The translations under genes and the position numbers were made by a program. Of a DNA stretch of 64,000 nucleotides, positions 1 through 9,445 are shown one piece after another. A model generated the notes under the pieces. The model did no database searches. It saw only the letters and a list, made by a program, of their open reading frames with translations, and was not told where the DNA came from. This DNA comes from Actinomycetota bacterium (GTDB lineage: Bacteria > Actinomycetota > Thermoleophilia > Gaiellales > F1-60-MAGs149), in assembly GCA_009885805.1 (NCBI GenBank), contig VFJZ01000007.1, positions 10,059 through 74,058 of the forward strand, in the 5' to 3' direction. Position 1 is the first letter of the stretch, and the number at the start of each line of letters is the position of its first letter.

Positions 1-1149
1 GCAGGCTGCGACGGCTGGTCGACCGCCGAGCTGGAGCCGTTCCTCCGTGCGTCGAACCGGCGCCTGCGCGTCACGACGCCGTCGCGCGACGTCCTGACGC
101 CGTTCCAGGCCGCCGCGCACGCCGCGATCGAGGCGATGGGCATTCCCGCGACCGACGACCTGAACGACCTCGACGAGCCGCAGGGCGTCTCGCCGACACC
201 GGTCAACATCGACGGCGGCGTGCGGTTCAACACGGCGTTCGCCTACCTCGACCCGGTGCGCGGAGCGCCGGAACTGACGATCGCTGGCGACGCGCTGGCC
301 GATCGGCTAGTCGTCTCGGCCGGCCGGGTGGTCGGCGCCGAGGTGATCGTCGACGGACGACGGGTCCGGATCGACGCCGGGCGGACGATCGTCTGCGGCG
401 GCGCGTACGGTTCGCCGGCGATCCTCGAACGTTCCGGTATCGGCGACCCCGTCGTGCTCGCCGCGGCTGGCATCGCCGTCACCCACGCGCTGCCCGGCGT
501 CGGTGCGAACCTGCACGACCACCCGGCGGTGAACTTCTTCTTCACCGGCACCGACGAGCTTGTCGCGCAGATGCGCGCGCGGGCCACCGAAGGGTTCTGC
601 CCGGAGGAGCAGGTGATCGCGAAGGTGCGCTCGCCGCTCGCGACGGAGGCGTTCGACCTGCACGTCTACCCGGTTGGCGGGCCGTACCGCGACGGCCGCG
701 ACGGCTACTTCTTCGAGCTGCCGGTCGCATGCATGAACCCCGTCTCGCGCGGCACGTGCCACGTCGTCTCGGCCGATCCCGAGGCGCTGCCGGTCCTCGA
801 CCACGGCTTCCTCACCGACCCGGACGGTCACGACGCGGCAGTGCTGCGAGCCGGGCTCGACTTCGTGCGCGACATGGCGACGCGCGAGCCTTTCGCGTCA
901 CTGATCGGCCGCGAGGCGTCGGCGCCGCCGGACGACCTACGCGAGGCGTGGATCCATTACTACCACCCAGTCGGCAGCTGCAAGATGGGTCCGGCGCACG
1001 ACTCGGCGGCCGTCGTCGACCCGCGGGGCCGCATCCACGGGCTCGATGGCGGCTACGTGGCGGACTGCGCGATCATTCCGCAGGTCCCGCGCGCCAACAC
1101 CAACGTCCCCGCGGTTATGATCGCCGAGCGCATCGTCACCTGGCTCTAG
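1..1149 (+). CDS. GMC-family FAD oxidoreductase, C-terminal part (5' end lies outside the window)
   Basis: Frame 1 is open from base 1, with no stop before the first ATG at 136. C-terminal GMC region HYYHPVGSCKMGP ... PRANTNVPAVMIAERI. Stop at 1147-1149. Confidence 0.85.
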   Translation, partial: AGCDGWSTAELEPFLRASNRRLRVTTPSRDVLTPFQAAAHAAIEAMGIPATDDLNDLDEPQGVSPTPVNIDGGVRFNTAFAYLDPVRGAPELTIAGDALADRLVVSAGRVVGAEVIVDGRRVRIDAGRTIVCGGAYGSPAILERSGIGDPVVLAAAGIAVTHALPGVGANLHDHPAVNFFFTGTDELVAQMRARATEGFCPEEQVIAKVRSPLATEAFDLHVYPVGGPYRDGRDGYFFELPVACMNPVSRGTCHVVSADPEALPVLDHGFLTDPDGHDAAVLRAGLDFVRDMATREPFASLIGREASAPPDDLREAWIHYYHPVGSCKMGPAHDSAAVVDPRGRIHGLDGGYVADCAIIPQVPRANTNVPAVMIAERIVTWL

Positions 1150-1159
1150 GAGGACAGCA

Positions 1160-2686
1160 ATGGCGGACGACTTCGACTACGTGGTTGTGGGCGGCGGGAC
1201 GGCGGGAGCGATCGTCGCTGCCCGGCTCACCGAGGACCCGTCGACGACCGTCTGCCTGCTCGAATGGGGACAGTCCGACGTCGGCGACGATGACGTCCTC
1301 CTGATCCGCCGCTGGCTCGGCCTCCTCGAGGGCCCGATCGACCTCGCCTACCGCACGACGCTGCAGCCGCGCGGCAACGCGCACATCGTCCACTCCCGGG
1401 CGAAGGTGCTCGGCGGGTGTTCGTCGCACAACACGATGATCTGGTTCAAGCCGTTCCCGGATGACTGGAACGACTGGGTCTCGCTCGGCGCCGCTGGCTG
1501 GTCGAACGACGAGGTCGACCCGTACTACGACCGCATCCCCGGCCCGCACGGCATCGTCGAGGCGAAGGATCGCAACCCGATCCTGTTCGACTGGATCCGC
1601 GCGTGCGGCTCGGCGCTCGGGGTGACGGAGAACGTCGACTGGAACGCCGCGCCGTATCGCGACGGCGCGGGATTCCTCGACGTCGGCTACAACCCCGCGA
1701 ACGGCGTCCGCTCGTCCTCCTCCGTGATGTACCTGCACGGCATCATGGATCGCCCGAACCTGTCGATCCAGACGGGCTCCCGGGCAATGCGCGTCGAGAC
1801 GAAGGGCGGCCGCGCGGTCGCTGTCGACGTGCTGCGCGACTCGGGCGTGCGCGACCGCGTCTCGGCCCGGAAGGAGATCGTGCTCTGCGCGGGCTCGATC
1901 GACACGCCCCGGCTGCTCAACTACTCCGGGATCGGCCGCCGGGCAGATCTCGAACGCCTCGGGATCGACTGCGTCCACGACCTGCCCGGCGTCGGCGAGA
2001 ACCTGATCGACCATCCGGAGTCGATCATCATCTGGAAGCTCCGCAAGCCGATGGGGCCCGAGGGCTGCATGGACGCCGACTGCGCCCTGTTCGTGAACCG
2101 ACTCGGCGCGGACGATCGACCGGACCTGATGTACCACACCTACCAGATGCCGTTCACGTTCAACACCGAGCGGCTCGGCTACGAGGTGCCCGAGGACCGC
2201 TGGTGTATCTGCATGACGCCGAACATCCCGCGCTCACGGTCGAAGGGTCGGATGTACCTGCTCTCGAAAGACCCCGACATCAAGCCGGCGCTCGACTTCC
2301 GCTACTTCACCGACGAGGCCGGCTACGACGAGCAGACGATCGTCGATGGTCTCAAGCTCGCCCGCAAGGTCGCCGCCGAGGGGGCGCTCGCCGACTGGAT
2401 CGAGCGCGAAATCGCTCCGGGGCCGGGCGTGACGAGCGACAGCGCCCTGTCGGAGTACGGACGCGCCGTGCACCACACCGTCTACCACCCTTCGGGGACC
2501 TGTCGCATGGGCGACGGCGGCGACGACCTCGCGGTCGTCGACCCGACGCTCGCCGTACGGGGAATCGCGGGACTGTCGATCGCCGACGGCTCGATCTTCC
2601 CGGAGATGCCGACCGTCAACCCGGTGGTGGGGACGTTCATGATCGGCGAGCGCGCGGTCGACCTGATCCGCGCCCGGAACTCGTAG
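1160..2686 (+). CDS. GMC-family FAD oxidoreductase (choline dehydrogenase/oxidase-like)
   Basis: 508 aa. N-terminal Rossmann motif DYVVVGGGTAGAIVAARL. C-terminal HHTVYHPSGTCRMG and NPVVGTFMIGERA. aggagga RBS just upstream of the ATG. Confidence 0.9.
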   Translation: MADDFDYVVVGGGTAGAIVAARLTEDPSTTVCLLEWGQSDVGDDDVLLIRRWLGLLEGPIDLAYRTTLQPRGNAHIVHSRAKVLGGCSSHNTMIWFKPFPDDWNDWVSLGAAGWSNDEVDPYYDRIPGPHGIVEAKDRNPILFDWIRACGSALGVTENVDWNAAPYRDGAGFLDVGYNPANGVRSSSSVMYLHGIMDRPNLSIQTGSRAMRVETKGGRAVAVDVLRDSGVRDRVSARKEIVLCAGSIDTPRLLNYSGIGRRADLERLGIDCVHDLPGVGENLIDHPESIIIWKLRKPMGPEGCMDADCALFVNRLGADDRPDLMYHTYQMPFTFNTERLGYEVPEDRWCICMTPNIPRSRSKGRMYLLSKDPDIKPALDFRYFTDEAGYDEQTIVDGLKLARKVAAEGALADWIEREIAPGPGVTSDSALSEYGRAVHHTVYHPSGTCRMGDGGDDLAVVDPTLAVRGIAGLSIADGSIFPEMPTVNPVVGTFMIGERAVDLIRARNS

Positions 2687-2830
2687 CGCTCAACAAGGAC
2701 ACGAGCTTGGTGCGCCTGCGCGGTGTCGTCCAGTCGCACCATGGCCAGCGTGCGGCAACCGCCGTCGATGGTGGGCGCCGCTGGTGCGATAGACCGATGG
2801 CGTCGTACCGCACCACGGCAATCGCGTCGT

Positions 2831-3169
2831 TCAGCCCCAGCCGAGCTCCTCGAGCCGGTCGTCATCGATGCCGAAGTGGTGTGCGATCTCGTGCAGCACC
2901 GTGACGCGTACCTCCTCGGCGAGCTCGTCGGGGTCGTCGCCGAAGTCCTCGACCAGCGGCAGTCGGTACAGGTGGATCCGCGCCGGTTCGATCGGCTCGC
3001 CGCCCTCCCGGTCGGGCAGCGCGACGCCGTCGTAGACGCCGTACAGGTCGGGATCGTCCGGGTCGGCGTCCTCGAACAGCAGGATGACGTTCGCCAGGTG
3101 GTCGCGGGCGAAGGGCGGCAACTCCGCGAGCGCGGCGCGGGCGAGTCGCTCGAAGTCGGCGGCCGTCAC
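2831..3169 (-). CDS. small zincin-like metallopeptidase-fold protein (HExxH)
   Basis: 112 aa, acidic, with HEIAHHFG (HExxH) near the C-terminus. GTG start at 3169. Confidence 0.7.
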   Translation of the reverse strand: MTAADFERLARAALAELPPFARDHLANVILLFEDADPDDPDLYGVYDGVALPDREGGEPIEPARIHLYRLPLVEDFGDDPDELAEEVRVTVLHEIAHHFGIDDDRLEELGWG

Positions 3170-3221
3170 GGGCGGAAGGCTAGCGACCGTCCGCCGCGCA
3201 CCACCGTGATCGCCGACGAGG

Positions 3222-3272
3222 CACGGTCGACCGACGCCACGTCACGGTCGACCGGCGCCACGTCACGGTCGT
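3222..3272. repeat. 21-bp direct tandem repeat, about 2.4 copies
   Basis: cacggtcgaccgacgccacgt (3222-3242), cacggtcgaccggcgccacgt (3243-3263), then partial cacggtcgtca. Lies in the intergenic region between the divergent metallopeptidase gene and tRNA-Pro. Confidence 0.8.
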
Positions 3273-3370
3273 CAGGCCAGGGCACGTCGTGGCGCTCAAT
3301 CTCGTGTCCGGCGGCGTCTGAGCGAGCCGGCGGCGTCCGTCACCCGGCGAGGGCTATACTCGGTCTCGTA

Positions 3371-3446
<76 letters not shown>

Positions 3447-3459
3447 ACGGTTCACGCGG

Positions 3460-3765
3460 TCAGTCGAGCACGCGATACGCGCCCACGACCGTCGCGTCGA
3501 GTCCGAGCGGCCCCTCGTCGCACCGCGTCTCGATGTCGCGTGTGAAGTCGCGGAACTCCTCGAGCGCCGACAGCGGGTTGGAGCCGTCGTCCGTCTCGAT
3601 CGACGCGACGTGGACAAACGTCAGGCCGTCCGACAGGCGGAAACTCGCGTACCGCAGGCCGTCCGGCCGCGTCTCGTCGAGCTTTGCGAACACCCGCTCG
3701 ATCAGCCGCTGATTCTCATCGGCCTGATCAGGCTTGACGCGATATCGCACGACGACTCGTTTCAT
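3460..3765 (-). CDS. small ABM/Dabb-like (ferredoxin-fold) protein, function unknown
   Basis: Internal ATG (MKRVVVRYRVKPDQ...) is preceded by ggagcgaaccc. The upstream 77 codons of the 178-aa ORF are Arg-rich junk. About 100 aa with beta-alpha-beta composition. Confidence 0.55.
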   Translation of the reverse strand: MKRVVVRYRVKPDQADENQRLIERVFAKLDETRPDGLRYASFRLSDGLTFVHVASIETDDGSNPLSALEEFRDFTRDIETRCDEGPLGLDATVVGAYRVLD

Positions 3766-4103
3766 CGGGTTCGCTCCTCGCTGACGATCAGGCCCCCGCC
3801 CGCGAAGACGCGACCGGGCTCGACGTGGCTCAGCGTACCCCACACGTCCTCGACCGGAGCACCCAGCCCGGCGGCGGCGGCCTCGCACGCAGCCGACAGC
3901 ACGGCGCCGTCGACCGTGGCGTCGCGCGACAGCATCCACGGGTCGAGGTAGACGATCTGCGGCTCGGCGATATCGAGCGGCGCGAACGTGCACCACGTGC
4001 CGGCTGGATCCTCGCCGATGACCGCGGCGACGGCTGTCCGTACGCCGTTGATCGCGTCAGCGACTCCCGGGCGGGGCGTGGCGCGGAGGTGGATCACCGG
4101 CAC
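3762..4103 (-). CDS. tautomerase-superfamily-like protein (Met-Pro N-terminus)
   Basis: 113 aa starting MPVIHL. The second half resembles a 4-OT-like unit (LGAPVEDVWGTLSHVEPGRVFAGG). ATGA overlap with the downstream gene. Confidence 0.45.
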   Translation of the reverse strand: MPVIHLRATPRPGVADAINGVRTAVAAVIGEDPAGTWCTFAPLDIAEPQIVYLDPWMLSRDATVDGAVLSAACEAAAAGLGAPVEDVWGTLSHVEPGRVFAGGGLIVSEERTR

Positions 4104-4122
4104 GGCCGGATCGTACCGAGCC

Positions 4123-4959
4123 TCACGCCGCGGCGATCAGCGCCACGCCGACGAACGTTACGCCCGCTCCCGCCTTCTGCAGGATCGTCAGCCGCTCGTG
4201 GAGTACGAAGCGCGCCAGCAGGACCGTGATCGCCGGGTAGAGCGCAGTCAGCACCGCGACCAGGGAGAGGAAGCCCTCGCGGAGCGCGAGGACGGACAGG
4301 AACCAGCCGGCGCCGTTGGCGATGCCGATGCCACAGACGGCCGCGCCGAGCCGGCGTTGGGGCAGCGGGATGCGGCGCGCGAGCACGATCACGGCGAGCG
4401 GCGCCGCTGCGAACAGTTGGCCGAGCGCGACGAACCAGAGCGGCCCGTCCCCGGCCCCCTCCTTGGCGACGATGTAGTACGCGCCCAGCGTGCCGGCCGA
4501 GGCGACCGCGAGAATGATCGACAGGCGCGGGTTGGTCGCCGCCTGCACCGACGTGTCGGCGACGGCCCTGGCGATCACCACCACGCCGGCCACGACGAGC
4601 GCGACGCCGCCGAGTTGGCCGACGCTCGGCCGCTCCCCCTGCGCGAGGCCGACGATGACCGGGACGGCCGCGCCGGCGCAGGAGATCGGTGCGACGGTGC
4701 CGATCACGCCGATCGAGAGGGCGTGGAAGAACATCGTCACGCCGAGACCGGTCGTCGCGCCCGCGAGCAGCGCGAGGACGATGGTGCGCCCGCTCGGAGC
4801 CTCCTCGGTCAGTGCCGCGATGCCGAGCGAGATCAGGCCACCGAAGCCGAGCACGATCATCGTCACGAGCACCGTCGATGCCTGCCGCGACTTGATGCCG
4901 CCGGAGAAGTCCGCAAAGCCCCAGGCGAGGGCCGCACCGAGGGCGAGCGCGATCTCCAC
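4123..4959 (-). CDS. EamA/DMT-family membrane transporter
   Basis: 278 aa, about ten hydrophobic segments. Gly/Ala-rich two-fold repeat typical of EamA. Confidence 0.8.
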   Translation of the reverse strand: MEIALALGAALAWGFADFSGGIKSRQASTVLVTMIVLGFGGLISLGIAALTEEAPSGRTIVLALLAGATTGLGVTMFFHALSIGVIGTVAPISCAGAAVPVIVGLAQGERPSVGQLGGVALVVAGVVVIARAVADTSVQAATNPRLSIILAVASAGTLGAYYIVAKEGAGDGPLWFVALGQLFAAAPLAVIVLARRIPLPQRRLGAAVCGIGIANGAGWFLSVLALREGFLSLVAVLTALYPAITVLLARFVLHERLTILQKAGAGVTFVGVALIAAA

Positions 4960-4996
4960 GGCGCGGCATCGTAGGTGACATGCCTACGATGCTGCC

Positions 4997-6253
4997 GTGG
5001 ATGTGCCCCGCAGCGCCGAGGTCGTGGTCGTCGGAGCCGGTGCGATCGGCGCTTCGGCTGCGCTGCAGCTCGCCCTCGATCGGCGAGAGGTGCTGCTGCT
5101 CGACCGGGGCGCCGTCGGGCACGGAGCGTCGGCCGGCACCGCCTGCCTGATCACCCCCAGCCACGCCGAGAGGCTCGCCAACCGCGGCGCGCTGGTCGAG
5201 GGCATCCGCTTCCTCCCCGACCCGTCCGGGCCCTTGTCGATCCGGCCGTCTCTGCGGCTGGCGCCGTGGCTGGCGCGCTTCACGATCGCCTCGCTCCGTC
5301 AGCGAGCGGCCGAGGACGGGACGTCCGTGCTCCGCAGCGCCTGCCTCGAAAGCGTCGCGCTGCACCGGACCTGGGCCGAACGCTACGAGACCGGGCTCGT
5401 CTGCGACGGCGTCCTGAACGTCTGGACGACGGCCGCTGGACTGGAGCACCGCAACCGCTGGGCGGCCGAGCACCGGGCCGCGGGCATCGACGTGCAGCTA
5501 CTCGATGCCGCCGAGACACGCGAGGCGGAGCCGCTGCTGCGGGACGCGGCCGGCGGCTCGCTCTATCCAGGCGACGCGCACGTCGACTCGCTCGGCTACG
5601 TCGAGGCCGTCGCCGCCGCGGCGGCCGCCCACGGCGCCCGCGTCGTGACCGGCGTCGACGTCCTCCGGCTCGTAGCGTCGGCCACGGGCGTCCGCCTCGA
5701 CACGACCGCCGGCCCGATCGCCGCGCAGCAGGTCGTGATCGCCGCCGGGGCATGGTCGTCCAGCCTCGCCCGCGACGTTGGCGTGACGCTGCCGATCGCG
5801 TTCGCCAAGGGCTACCACGTCGAGTACTCCACCGTTCCGGCGCCGCGGCGGCCCGTCTTCCTCGGCGAGACCCGTGTGGTCGCGACACCGCTCGCGGGGC
5901 GCATCCGGCTCGCGGGGACGCTGGAGTTCGGCGGGCACCCCGACGCCGTCGACCACCGGCGCGTTGACGCCATCGAGCGGGCCGCGGCGACGCTGCTCGA
6001 CGGCTACGCCGGAGCGACCCCGAGTGCCGTCTGGCGCGGGCCCCGCCCGGTCACCGCGGACGGGATGCCGATGGTCGGCCGCGCCCCGGGCGCGGAGCGG
6101 GTGATCCTCGCCGCCGGACACGCGATGCTCGGTATCACGATGGCCCCGATCACCGCCACCTGGGTCTCGCGCCTCGCCGCCGGCGAGAGCCTCGCCCCGG
6201 AGCTCGCCGCGCTCGCGCCCGGGCGTTTCCACCGGATTCCTCTGTTCGGATGA
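4997..6253 (+). CDS. FAD-dependent oxidoreductase (DAO/DadA-type amino-acid dehydrogenase family)
   Basis: 418 aa. N-terminal VVVVGAGAIGASAALQLA dinucleotide-binding motif; C-terminal ILAAGHAMLGITMAP. Confidence 0.8.
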   Translation: MDVPRSAEVVVVGAGAIGASAALQLALDRREVLLLDRGAVGHGASAGTACLITPSHAERLANRGALVEGIRFLPDPSGPLSIRPSLRLAPWLARFTIASLRQRAAEDGTSVLRSACLESVALHRTWAERYETGLVCDGVLNVWTTAAGLEHRNRWAAEHRAAGIDVQLLDAAETREAEPLLRDAAGGSLYPGDAHVDSLGYVEAVAAAAAAHGARVVTGVDVLRLVASATGVRLDTTAGPIAAQQVVIAAGAWSSSLARDVGVTLPIAFAKGYHVEYSTVPAPRRPVFLGETRVVATPLAGRIRLAGTLEFGGHPDAVDHRRVDAIERAAATLLDGYAGATPSAVWRGPRPVTADGMPMVGRAPGAERVILAAGHAMLGITMAPITATWVSRLAAGESLAPELAALAPGRFHRIPLFG

Positions 6254-7341
6254 CCGCGTCTCCCGGCGTCACCGAGCTGCGCGCGTGGCTCGAGCCTCGG
6301 CTCGATCACTACCTCGAACTGCTGGGCCGGCTCGTCGCGGCCGACGATCTTCCGTCGTCCCGGGCCGCGCTGATCGAGCACCTCGGCGCGCCGACTTGGG
6401 AGCACGACGGCCACCTCGTCTACGGCGACGACGGGCCGCTGCTGGGCTGCCACTACGACACCGTCTGGGCACCGGGAACGGCGAGCGACCGGCCGTTCAC
6501 GATCGCCGAGGGACGCGCCTGCGGACCGGGCACGGCCGACATGAAGGCCGGCATCGTGGTCGCGGTCGCGGCGCGCGACGCGCTCGCGGCACTGCGCCCG
6601 GATGCGGCGTCAACGCTGTCCCTGACGCCGGACGAGGAGGACGGCAACCGGCACACGCGCCCCGACATCGAGCGGCTTGCGCTCCGGGCCGGCTCGATGC
6701 TCGTGCTCGAATGCGCCCTTGCCGACGGTGGGCTGAAGACGGCGCGGAAGGGGCTCGCGGAGGTCAGGGTCGTCGTCCACGGCCGCAGTGCCCACGCCGG
6801 AAACGACCACGTCGGCGCCGCGAACGCCGTCGTCGAGGCCGCTCACGTCGCCGTCCGGGCGGCGGCGCTGCACGATCCGGCGGCGGCGACGGTCAATGTC
6901 GGCGTCTTCCGCGGCGGCGAGCGCCGGAACGTCGTTCCCGACCGCGCCGAGGTCGTCCTCGACGTCCGTGCCTGGGACGTCGCTGCCATCCAGGCCGTGG
7001 TCGACGCCCTGCGCGGCGCCGCGGTGACCGTGCCCGACACGCGGGTCGAGGTCAGCGGCGAGATCCACCGCCCACCGATGCCGCGGACCGAGGCGATCGG
7101 TCGCCTGTTCGGACTCGCCGAGGCGATCGGACGCGATCTGGGACTCGAGCTGATCGAAGCAGCCGTCGGCGGCGGCTCCGAGGCGAACCTCGCCGCCGGC
7201 GTCGGCGTTCCCGTGCTCGATGGCCTCGGGCCGGTCGGCGGCGGCTCCCACGCGCTGTCCGAGCACGTCCTGGTCGACTCGATCGTGCCGCGGGCCGCCC
7301 TCCTCGCGGCACTCATCGACCAGGTAGGATCGCGACCATGA
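6250..7341 (+). CDS. M20-family metallopeptidase/amidohydrolase (carboxypeptidase G2/ArgE-like)
   Basis: 363 aa. HYDTVW and GPGTADMKAGIVV metal-site motifs. 4-nt overlap with the upstream gene. Confidence 0.75.
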   Translation: MTASPGVTELRAWLEPRLDHYLELLGRLVAADDLPSSRAALIEHLGAPTWEHDGHLVYGDDGPLLGCHYDTVWAPGTASDRPFTIAEGRACGPGTADMKAGIVVAVAARDALAALRPDAASTLSLTPDEEDGNRHTRPDIERLALRAGSMLVLECALADGGLKTARKGLAEVRVVVHGRSAHAGNDHVGAANAVVEAAHVAVRAAALHDPAAATVNVGVFRGGERRNVVPDRAEVVLDVRAWDVAAIQAVVDALRGAAVTVPDTRVEVSGEIHRPPMPRTEAIGRLFGLAEAIGRDLGLELIEAAVGGGSEANLAAGVGVPVLDGLGPVGGGSHALSEHVLVDSIVPRAALLAALIDQVGSRP

Positions 7342-8261
7342 AGGTGATCGTCTCCTGTGCCGTCACCGGCTCGATCCACACGCCGTCGATGACGCCGCAC
7401 CTGCCGCTGACGCCAGACGAGATCGCCGACGGCGCGATCGGCGCAGCCCGCGCCGGCGCCGCGATCGTCCATCTGCACGCCCGTGACCCGCACGACGGCC
7501 GGCCGACGCCCGATCCCGACGTCTTCGCACAGTTCCTTCCCCGCGTGGCCGCCGAGTGCGACGCCGTCATCAACATCACGACCGGCGGCGGGCACGGGAT
7601 GACCGTCGAGGAGCGTACGGCGGCCGCCACCCGGTTCCAGCCCGAACTCTGCTCGCTGAACATGGGCTCGATGAACTTCGGGCTCTACCCGGCGCTGCGC
7701 TCGATCAAGGACTTCCGATTCGACTGGGAGGAGCCTTACCTCGAGCGCTCGCGAGACTTCATCTTCCGCAACACGTTCGCCGACATCGAGCGCATCGTCA
7801 GCAACCTCGGCGCGAACGGGACACGGTTCGAGTTCGAGTGCTACGACCTCGGCCACCTCTACAACCTCGCGCACTTCCTCGACCGCGGCATCGTGCAGCC
7901 GCCGCTGTTCGTGCAGACGATCTTCGGCGTGCTCGGTGGCGCCGGCACCGACGCGGAAGACCTCCTCCACCAGAAGCGCACGGCCGACCGACTGTTCGGC
8001 GCCGACTACGTCTGGTCTGTGCTCGGCGCCGGCCGGCATCAGACGCGTCTCGTGACGATGGCGGCGCTGATGGGTGGCTCCGTCCGCGTCGGGCTCGAGG
8101 ACTCCATCTACCTCGCGAAGGGCGTCCTCGCCGAGTCGAACGCCGACCAGGTGGCGAAGATCGTGCGCATCCTCGGCGAACTCTCGCTCGAGGTCGCGAC
8201 GCCGGACGAGGCCCGCGCGCTGCTGGCCCTCAAGGGATCCGCGGCGACGGCCATCCGCTGA
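7338..8261 (+). CDS. beta-keto acid cleavage enzyme (BKACE / 3-keto-5-aminohexanoate cleavage, DUF849 family)
   Basis: In-frame ATG at 7338 overlaps the upstream stop (ATGA). MKVIVSCAVTGSIHTPSMTPHLPLTPDEIADGAIGAARAGAAIVHLHARDP is the family N-terminus. Confidence 0.8.
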   Translation: MKVIVSCAVTGSIHTPSMTPHLPLTPDEIADGAIGAARAGAAIVHLHARDPHDGRPTPDPDVFAQFLPRVAAECDAVINITTGGGHGMTVEERTAAATRFQPELCSLNMGSMNFGLYPALRSIKDFRFDWEEPYLERSRDFIFRNTFADIERIVSNLGANGTRFEFECYDLGHLYNLAHFLDRGIVQPPLFVQTIFGVLGGAGTDAEDLLHQKRTADRLFGADYVWSVLGAGRHQTRLVTMAALMGGSVRVGLEDSIYLAKGVLAESNADQVAKIVRILGELSLEVATPDEARALLALKGSAATAIR

Positions 8262-9367
8262 TGACCTATCCCGTCGTCACGGTCGCCGGTGACGCGCGGA
8301 CGCGTGGTCGCCAGTACGGCGAGCAGGCACGGGAGCGCGTCGGGCGGTCGGTCGAGGCCTACCGCGAGGTGTTCCGCGAGGTCGCCGGCCTCGACTGGGA
8401 GAGCGCTCGGGCGCAGGCGTGCGCCTACATCGACCCGATCCGCGCCTACGCCCCTTCCACCCTGGACGAGATCGCAGGCGTCGCCGAGGGGGCTGGGGTC
8501 GCGTTCGAGGACGTCCTCGCGATCAACACGCGCACCGAGGTCATGTACGCGGCCAAGGCGCGCCAGGCACGCGGCGAGTGCACGGCCTTTGCCGCGCTCG
8601 CGAACGCGACCGCTGACGGGCACCTGCTCGTCGGGCAGAACTGGGACTGGCTTCCCCACGCGGCCGAGACCGTCGTCGTCCTCCGTGTCGACCCGGACGA
8701 CGGGCCGTCGTTCGTCTCGGTCGTCGAGGCCGGGCTGCTGGCCAAGACCGGACTGAACGAGCACGGGATCGGGGTCGTGACGAACGCGCTCGTCTCCGAT
8801 CGCGATGTCGGCGCGCCCGGCGTCCCGTACCACGTCCTCCTGCGCGCGCTGATGACGGCGGAGACGCCGACGGCTGCGCTTGCGCTCCTGCAGGGGCCCT
8901 CCCGGTCCTCCTCGGCGAACTACCTGATCGCCCACCGCGACGGCCAGGCCGTCGATGTCGAGGCGATCCCGGGCGGGTTCGAGGGGCTGGCGCTGCTCTT
9001 CCCCGACGAGCACGGGCTCCTGCTCCACGCCAACCACTTCGTCACTGATCTGCCGGGCACGGCCGTGTCACGCTGGGCGATGCCGTCGAGCCCGTTCCGC
9101 GCCGATCGCCTGCGGCGGCTGATCGCGCCCGACCTCGGCCGCCTGACGCCGGCGCTCCTCGGCGCGGCGCTCGGTGACCACGCCGGCAGCCCGAGCGGGA
9201 TCTGCTGCCACCCCGATCCGGCGGAGCCGTGGTGGGATCAGGGCCTGACGGTCGTCTCCGTTGTCTTGGACGTCACCGCGGGCCGGATCTGGATCGCGCA
9301 CGGCAGCCCGTGCTCCGCACCCTTTGAGGAGATCGCGGGTCCCGGCGGCAACCGCGCCCGATTGTAA
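8261..9367 (+). CDS. C45-family peptidase / acyl-CoA:6-APA acyltransferase-like protein
   Basis: ATG at 8261 overlaps the previous stop. GECTAF (candidate N-terminal nucleophile Cys) and LVGQNWDW motifs. Confidence 0.7.
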   Translation: MTYPVVTVAGDARTRGRQYGEQARERVGRSVEAYREVFREVAGLDWESARAQACAYIDPIRAYAPSTLDEIAGVAEGAGVAFEDVLAINTRTEVMYAAKARQARGECTAFAALANATADGHLLVGQNWDWLPHAAETVVVLRVDPDDGPSFVSVVEAGLLAKTGLNEHGIGVVTNALVSDRDVGAPGVPYHVLLRALMTAETPTAALALLQGPSRSSSANYLIAHRDGQAVDVEAIPGGFEGLALLFPDEHGLLLHANHFVTDLPGTAVSRWAMPSSPFRADRLRRLIAPDLGRLTPALLGAALGDHAGSPSGICCHPDPAEPWWDQGLTVVSVVLDVTAGRIWIAHGSPCSAPFEEIAGPGGNRARL

Positions 9368-9445
9368 GGATTCCATGAGGGGCGCTTGTGCTGTTGCCCG
9401 TCCTCCGCTGTCCTATATCAAGAGGCATCGGACAAGGAGCATGGG

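Noticed and set aside
136-1149. ATG at 136 as the start of the first gene.
   Set aside because: The frame is open back to base 1 and the protein is only the C-terminal part of a GMC oxidoreductase. The gene therefore begins upstream of the window.
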